Source: a virus. From it: a stretch of 64,000 nt of DNA. Made by a program: the position numbers and the translations under genes. Shown in pieces: positions 59,696-64,000 of the stretch (position 1 is the stretch's first letter; each line of letters begins with the position of its first letter). Where the stretch lies: positions 49,733-113,732 of IMG/VR virus record IMGVR_UViG_3300035670_000059; one strand, given 5' to 3'. The notes beneath the pieces are model-generated. The model was not told where the DNA came from and ran no database searches. It was given only the letters and a program-made list of their open reading frames with translations.

Positions 59696-59704
59696 ATATT
59701 TATA
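59696..59704 (+). promoter_or_regulatory. Putative late promoter ATAT(T/G)TATA, about 20 mostly intergenic copies (e.g. 4429, 5087, 5815, 9343, 10679, 14534, 19617, 21888, 24088, 24907, 26683, 27259, 30636, 32662, 40426, 55536)
   Basis: Recurs shortly upstream of start codons of structural, lysis and HNH genes, in the same orientation. Confidence 0.75.
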
Positions 59705-59726
59705 ACCGCCATATAAATACACAACT

Positions 59727-60392
59727 ATGCCAAGCAAAGAATATTTTAGAGAATATCGAAGACGCAATAACCCTAAACTGAAAGAAAAAGAAGATTTAGC
59801 CCAACAGGAAAAAAAACGTTGTACAAAATGCAATGTTATAAAATCTTTTAAAGATTATATCCCTCAAAAAGTTGGATTTATGAGGTTAAAATCCCAATGT
59901 AAAGAATGTGATTTAAAATACGATAAAAATTATCAAGAAAAAACTAATTTCCGATCTAAACGAGATAAAACAGACAAAGTTAAACAATATAGAAAAAAAT
60001 ATATAGCTGAAAATATAGATTGGTGGAGAAAATATGAAAGAGAGTACAGATATGAACGCAGAAAAGAAGACATGTTTTTCAAAATCAAAGGAAATATATC
60101 AGGTCGATTATCTGACTTAATCAATAAAAGAAACTTGTCTACTAATACTACTGAGCTTATAGGATGTAATCGAGAAACGTTTATCAATCATATCGAAAAA
60201 CAATTTACTGAAGGTATGGATTGGGAAAACTATGGTTTAAAAGGATGGCACGTTGACCACATAATCCCTTTATCTTCTTTTGATTTAACCATTGAAAGTG
60301 AGGTAAAAAAAGCTTGCCATTACACAAATCTTCAACCACTTTGGTGGCAAGATAATTTGGAAAAGAGTAATAAAGTTATTATATTTAAATAA
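59727..60392 (+). CDS. Free-standing HNH homing endonuclease (paralog of 4461)
   Basis: CTKC..CKEC; GMDWENYG..WHVDHIIP..HYTNLQPLW..N. Confidence 0.87.
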   Translation: MPSKEYFREYRRRNNPKLKEKEDLAQQEKKRCTKCNVIKSFKDYIPQKVGFMRLKSQCKECDLKYDKNYQEKTNFRSKRDKTDKVKQYRKKYIAENIDWWRKYEREYRYERRKEDMFFKIKGNISGRLSDLINKRNLSTNTTELIGCNRETFINHIEKQFTEGMDWENYGLKGWHVDHIIPLSSFDLTIESEVKKACHYTNLQPLWWQDNLEKSNKVIIFK

Positions 60393-60445
60393 AGGTTTGA
60401 AGCCCCATAACCTATAAATACCGGGGTGAATTAAATTTATATTTT

Positions 60446-61309
60446 ATGTCAAGTAAAAAACCAAATGTAGTCCTTAGCCTTTCAGGTGGAATGGATAGTA
60501 GCACATTATTATTAAGAGCATTATCTGAATATGATAATGTAATTGCAGTATCTTTTGACTATGGTCAGAAACATAGGGTGGAGCTTGAGCGAGCTCAATC
60601 ACTAGTTGAGTACCTAAAAGAGCAAGGTAAACCTGTAAAATATCAGGTTATCAAGCTTGATGGTTTAACCCCACTACTTAACTCTGCTCTTGTAATGGGT
60701 GGAGATGAGGTGCCTGAAGGCCATTACGAGCAAGACAACATGAAAGCTACAGTTGTTCCTAACCGTAACAAAATCTTTAGCTCAATTGTACAAGCTATTG
60801 CTTTGTCTACTGCTAATCAAACAGAATCTACTTGTGATATAGCTTTAGGTATTCACGCAGGCGATTTTTCAATCTATCCTGATTGCAGAGCAGAGTGGAG
60901 AGATGTAGACGACCAAGCATTTAGAGTCGGAAACTGGGATGTTGGAAGAGTGGGACATTTTACTCCTTATATCAATGTAATGAAATTTGATATCTTAAAA
61001 GATGGAGAAATGCTATGTGAAAAGTTAGGACTAGATTTTGATGAAGTATATTCAAGAACAAACACTTCATACAAACCAATTCAGCACTTGGTAGAAAAAG
61101 AAATCAGTGTATTAGCTAGTCTTAAGGAAATACAGAAAGTTCCAGTATGGTTTAGCGATTATAAATCAGCAGCATCAGTAGAACGTATTGAAGCGTTTAT
61201 TAAATTAGGACGCCCTGACCCTGTAGCTTATGCAAATAATGAAGGTCCAGTAAGTTGGGAAGTAGCTAAAGCGCACGTAGAGCAAGTACTAGCTCAACAT
61301 GGTAAGTAG
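60446..61309 (+). CDS. queC: 7-cyano-7-deazaguanine (preQ0) synthase
   Basis: SLSGGMDS, FDYGQKH..EL, TVVPNRN, GIHAGD..YPDCR. Confidence 0.93.
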   Translation: MSSKKPNVVLSLSGGMDSSTLLLRALSEYDNVIAVSFDYGQKHRVELERAQSLVEYLKEQGKPVKYQVIKLDGLTPLLNSALVMGGDEVPEGHYEQDNMKATVVPNRNKIFSSIVQAIALSTANQTESTCDIALGIHAGDFSIYPDCRAEWRDVDDQAFRVGNWDVGRVGHFTPYINVMKFDILKDGEMLCEKLGLDFDEVYSRTNTSYKPIQHLVEKEISVLASLKEIQKVPVWFSDYKSAASVERIEAFIKLGRPDPVAYANNEGPVSWEVAKAHVEQVLAQHGK

Positions 61310-61311
61310 AA
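61295..61311 (+). repeat. 17-bp direct repeat CAACATGGTAAGTAGAA (second copy 61953-61969)
   Basis: Exact match flanking ORF 61366-61941. Confidence 0.9.
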
Positions 61312-61365
61312 ATATTACTATGATAAAACTAATTGAAAAATTATTAAACATAAGACTTATAATAT

Positions 61366-61941
61366 ATGACAATCACAGAAAAACTCCTTGCTATTACAGG
61401 TGAGTATGAAGGAACTGAATATTACAATTATGGTTTAAATAATCTAACTAAGGAACAGTTAATTTTAGTAGAAGAGCTATTAAAAGAACATCTTGGTTTC
61501 GGTAAAATAGAGTGGATAGAATTACCTACCCCAACAGTGAAAAATAGTAAAGGTGAAGAAGTAGCAGTGGTAGCTAAGACTAGAAAGCTTAGTGATGATT
61601 CTACAGACGAATACAAAGGTAGAACTTGCTACTTATACAAAGTATTATACTCACCCATTATTTATGATCCAATAGATATACACAAACCTGTAAAAGACAG
61701 TATGATTATATCTCCTTTATTTTATAATCCACATACATACGAACCTTATAGAGCTTTAGCTATTTCTTGGAAACCTGAAGACCTGTTTCACGAGAAAGAA
61801 ATTCAACCTATTACATGGGAAGATGAAAAAACATATCTAAGAGAAAAACTAGAAACATTACTAGCCAACCCCGAAGACTATAAACCAGTGGGCAAGAGAG
61901 CAGTATTGATAAGATATGCTCTTGACAAAACAGAAGAATAA
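61366..61941 (+). CDS. Hypothetical protein, apparently inserted
   Basis: Intact ORF between 17-bp direct repeats. Confidence 0.65.
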   Translation: MTITEKLLAITGEYEGTEYYNYGLNNLTKEQLILVEELLKEHLGFGKIEWIELPTPTVKNSKGEEVAVVAKTRKLSDDSTDEYKGRTCYLYKVLYSPIIYDPIDIHKPVKDSMIISPLFYNPHTYEPYRALAISWKPEDLFHEKEIQPITWEDEKTYLREKLETLLANPEDYKPVGKRAVLIRYALDKTEE

Positions 61942-62024
61942 AATATATAACCCAACATGGTAAGTAGAACTTGGCTTCCCTAAAATGGGTTATTACCTTC
62001 ATATTATAATAAACAATTAAAATT

Positions 62025-62399
62025 ATGTTCGAATCAACAACATTAGGCTATTCAGGAATTACAGGAACAGGAACAATATCAAATAGTATTACTTTCCAAG
62101 GACCAACAGATGCAACAAGAATTTCAGGTGGGACAGTAGGAATGGGGGTTTTAAACCCTAATCAAATATTAACAGTATCAAATTCAAATAACATGACATC
62201 AAAACAAATAAAAGTAGCAGTATTTACAATCACAAGAGATGTAGACACAAATGAAATTACTTCAACTAAATTCGTAAAAGAATTGTGGGTTGAGAAAAAA
62301 AACGGAGCATCAATTGATTTAATTGTTGCAAAACAATTAGATGCAGATTTTGATCCTGAAACTACAGTAATTAAAGAACTATTTACAATTAGTTTCTAA
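62025..62399 (+). CDS. Hypothetical protein
   Basis: ORF after promoter 61970; an alternative start exists at the internal MTSKQ. Confidence 0.55.
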   Translation: MFESTTLGYSGITGTGTISNSITFQGPTDATRISGGTVGMGVLNPNQILTVSNSNNMTSKQIKVAVFTITRDVDTNEITSTKFVKELWVEKKNGASIDLIVAKQLDADFDPETTVIKELFTISF

Positions 62400-62406
62400 T
62401 AACGAT

Positions 62407-62477
62407 TGTCCTATGGTGTAACGGTAGCACAAGTGGTTTTGGTCCACTTAGACGAGGTTCGAATCCTTGTAGGATAA
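62407..62477 (+). tRNA. tRNA-Gln(TTG)
   Basis: TGTCCTA/TAGGATA acceptor; AGTGG-TTTTGGT-CCACT; GGTTCGAATCC. Confidence 0.92.
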
Positions 62478-62482
62478 CAAAC

Positions 62483-62564
62483 GCCTGTATCGCATAGCGG
62501 CAATTGCTGGGGACTGTAAATCCCCCCTCTTCGGAGTTCGGAGGTTCGAGTCCTTCTGCAGGCA
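62483..62564 (+). tRNA. tRNA-Tyr(GTA)
   Basis: GCCTGTA/TGCAGGC; GGGGA-CTGTAAA-TCCCC; class II variable arm. Confidence 0.92.
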
Positions 62565-62627
62565 CATAAAATGAATTAAATTACTTGGAAACCCGAAAAT
62601 AGATCATTATATTTATGAAATAATAAC

Positions 62628-62702
62628 GGACCCTTAGCTCAGTTGGTTAGTAGCAACGGTCTCATAAACCGTAGGTCGCTGGTTCGAGCCCAGCAGGGTC
62701 CA
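62628..62702 (+). tRNA. tRNA with CAT anticodon, likely Ile2 (lysidine)
   Basis: GGACCCT/AGGGTCC; ACGGT-CTCATAA-ACCGT; C4-G69/C5-G68 and overall resemblance to bacterial tRNA-Ile2. Confidence 0.85.
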
Positions 62703-62722
62703 CAAACAAAAAAAAACAAAAT

Positions 62723-63064
62723 ATGGAAATAGTATATTTTATCTTAGGTGTATTTACAGTTTTATCTATAATCGGAGTTGTAATTGTAGTTAGAATGACC
62801 ATTGCAGTAAGGCAGTTACAAGAAGATTTAAAAGATCATGAAAGAGGAACTCATGATGTGACAGTTGATTTACATCGTAGAATTGATGATGAAGTAAGAA
62901 AATTACGATCTGATAATGATGAAACCCTTCTTTTAATCTGGAAGGAAGTAAGAGAATTGCAAACTAAAATAGATGAAAACGAAAGGGAAATTATATCATT
63001 ACTCGATTCTCAGGTATATAGATTAACAAATAAGATTAATAAACAACAATTACCAAAAGGGTAA
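62723..63064 (+). CDS. Membrane-anchored coiled-coil protein within tRNA array
   Basis: N-term TM segment, then heptad repeats. Confidence 0.65.
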   Translation: MEIVYFILGVFTVLSIIGVVIVVRMTIAVRQLQEDLKDHERGTHDVTVDLHRRIDDEVRKLRSDNDETLLLIWKEVRELQTKIDENEREIISLLDSQVYRLTNKINKQQLPKG

Positions 63065-63072
63065 TTTAAAAT

Positions 63073-63190
63073 TGTAGAGTGGCGAAATTGGCAGACGTAG
63101 CCCCTCTGTCACAGGGGAGGTGATAAAGAAATAAAATACAGCTAACTGTATCTAATCTCACCATGGATGGTTCGAATCCTCCCTCTACAG
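63073..63190 (+). tRNA. Atypical tRNA-Asp(GTC)-like RNA with ~47-nt variable arm
   Basis: TGTAGAG/CTCTACA+G; CCCCT-CTGTCAC-AGGGG; GGTGA..TCACC long arm; bulged T-stem. Confidence 0.7.
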
Positions 63191-63195
63191 CACCA

Positions 63196-63267
63196 GCTCC
63201 TAAAGCATTGCTGGCGATGCGCATGACTTGTAATCATGATAACTTGGTTCGATTCCGAGTGGGAGCT
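63196..63267 (+). tRNA. tRNA-Thr(TGT)
   Basis: GCTCCTA/TGGGAGC; CATGA-CTTGTAA-TCATG; GGTTCGATTCC. Confidence 0.9.
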
Positions 63268-63473
63268 CAATGTAATGTCTACAGAAGGTGATAATGCTTC
63301 ACTGAAAGGACTATCGACTTCCGGATGGGTCGCAACCATAATTGGAAGGTGAGGAACGGCTCGATAGACTCTGTACAGGTCCCTGCTCTGCTAGCGCTGG
63401 CAACAGGTTATGGGGAACAAACCATAAATAAAAACCGGAGAAACGATATTACAGTAGTTAAAGTAGCTTATTT

Positions 63474-63617
63474 GGTTCTATAATTGTCATAAGGTAGCTC
63501 CTTATACAATGAGTGGGTTAATGTGACGGTCAATCGTAAAGGCTCAAGGTACGTAACAAGTAGCAGTTGATTGAAGTAAGTGACTTAACAAGATGGGTTC
63601 GATTCCTATTAGAACCA
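63474..63617 (+). ncRNA. 144-nt tRNA-like RNA (acceptor and T arm, no canonical anticodon arm)
   Basis: GGTTCTA/TAGAACC+A; ATGGG-TTCGATT-CCTAT; internal helices. Confidence 0.6.
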
Positions 63618-63640
63618 CAACATTTATAATAAATTAAAGT

Positions 63641-63883
63641 ACTTACCACGCTATCCATAAGAACAGCGTCCCAGGGTAAGTCAAGGTACCTCGATGTTAA
63701 CCGTAAGAACAACACAGAGGTCTTATCGTGATAAGTGAATAGCCCAAGGCATAAGCTACAATCACACCCCTAACCTCTATTCAAATGACGATTTGATTAT
63801 GTTAGGGTTTTAACAACACCCTATGACGAAGGAACTCAATTGAGAACTAGAAGTAAGGGCACTATGCACATAGGGTGTTTTTT
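63641..63883 (+). ncRNA. Candidate multi-hairpin ncRNA
   Basis: Consecutive stem-loops, two with AWCCRTAAGAAC loops; ends in AACACCCTATG/CATAGGGTGTT plus T run. Confidence 0.5.
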
Positions 63884-63889
63884 ATATTT

Positions 63890-63961
63890 GCTCGGTTCGT
63901 CTAGGGGTTAGGACGTATCCCTTTCACGGATAAAACACGGGTTCGATTCCCGTATCAAGTA
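63890..63961 (+). tRNA. tRNA-Glu(TTC), weak acceptor stem
   Basis: TATCC-CTTTCAC-GGATA; ACGGG-TTCGATT-CCCGT; acceptor has one mismatch and two G-U pairs. Confidence 0.85.
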
Positions 63962-63965
63962 CTAT

Positions 63966-64000
63966 AGTCAGGTGGCGAAAGGGGTTGGGGGTTCTCGGCC
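63966..64000 (+). tRNA. Probable 5' part of another tRNA-like gene (cut by window end)
   Basis: AGTCAGG-TGGCGAAA start like the 63073 element, followed by a hairpin. Confidence 0.35.

Noticed and set aside
63073-63195. tRNA-Sec/opal suppressor (TCA) reading of the long-arm tRNA
   Set aside because: Needs G33 and a mismatched stem; the GTC register gives a perfect 5-bp stem with U33
63344-63617. tmRNA, RNase P or SRP RNA
   Set aside because: Only fragmentary resemblance (GAGGAA, GCTTAT, CAGG); no G3-U70 acceptor, tag ORF, P4 consensus or SRP tetraloop
247-63715. Minus-strand ORFs in the track (e.g. 1279-1890, 18177-18866)
   Set aside because: Antisense shadows of strongly supported + strand genes or RNAs; low-complexity translations with no motifs
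1-64000. Stop-codon reassignment
   Set aside because: Genes are full length in code 11, with TAA, TAG and TGA all used as stops

Overview
A 64-kb, AT-rich, gene-dense segment of a large lytic myovirus genome. All supported genes are on the + strand and use the standard code. Order of modules: (1) T4-like head module (prohead protease, scaffold, gp23-like major capsid protein), PhoH and neck genes; (2) about 15 kb of mosaic tail-fibre genes, four ending in S74 intramolecular chaperones; (3) sheath, tube, a tail chaperone pair probably joined by a frameshift, tape measure and baseplate; (4) replication block (compact family-A polymerase, SSB, RecA/UvsX, 5'-3' exonuclease, DnaB, NrdB/NrdA); (5) a self-contained operon of envelope-targeted proteins (CsgG-like proteins, cohesin/dockerin-like protein, lipoprotein with a T9SS-CTD-like domain, exported nuclease, beta-barrel); (6) lysis genes; (7) a TGT/DpdA-like gene and queC; (8) the start of a tRNA/ncRNA array with structurally expanded tRNA-like RNAs. 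Four free-standing homing endonucleases are interspersed. Promoter architecture (YTTG-N20-TAnnTTTA) and SD-less A-rich leaders point to a Bacteroidota host. Best candidates for new biology: the envelope operon, a DNA-level conserved 16-mer at tail-fibre module junctions, expanded tRNA-like RNAs, and several candidate cis-regulatory RNAs. All calls come from motif reading by eye; no database search was run.
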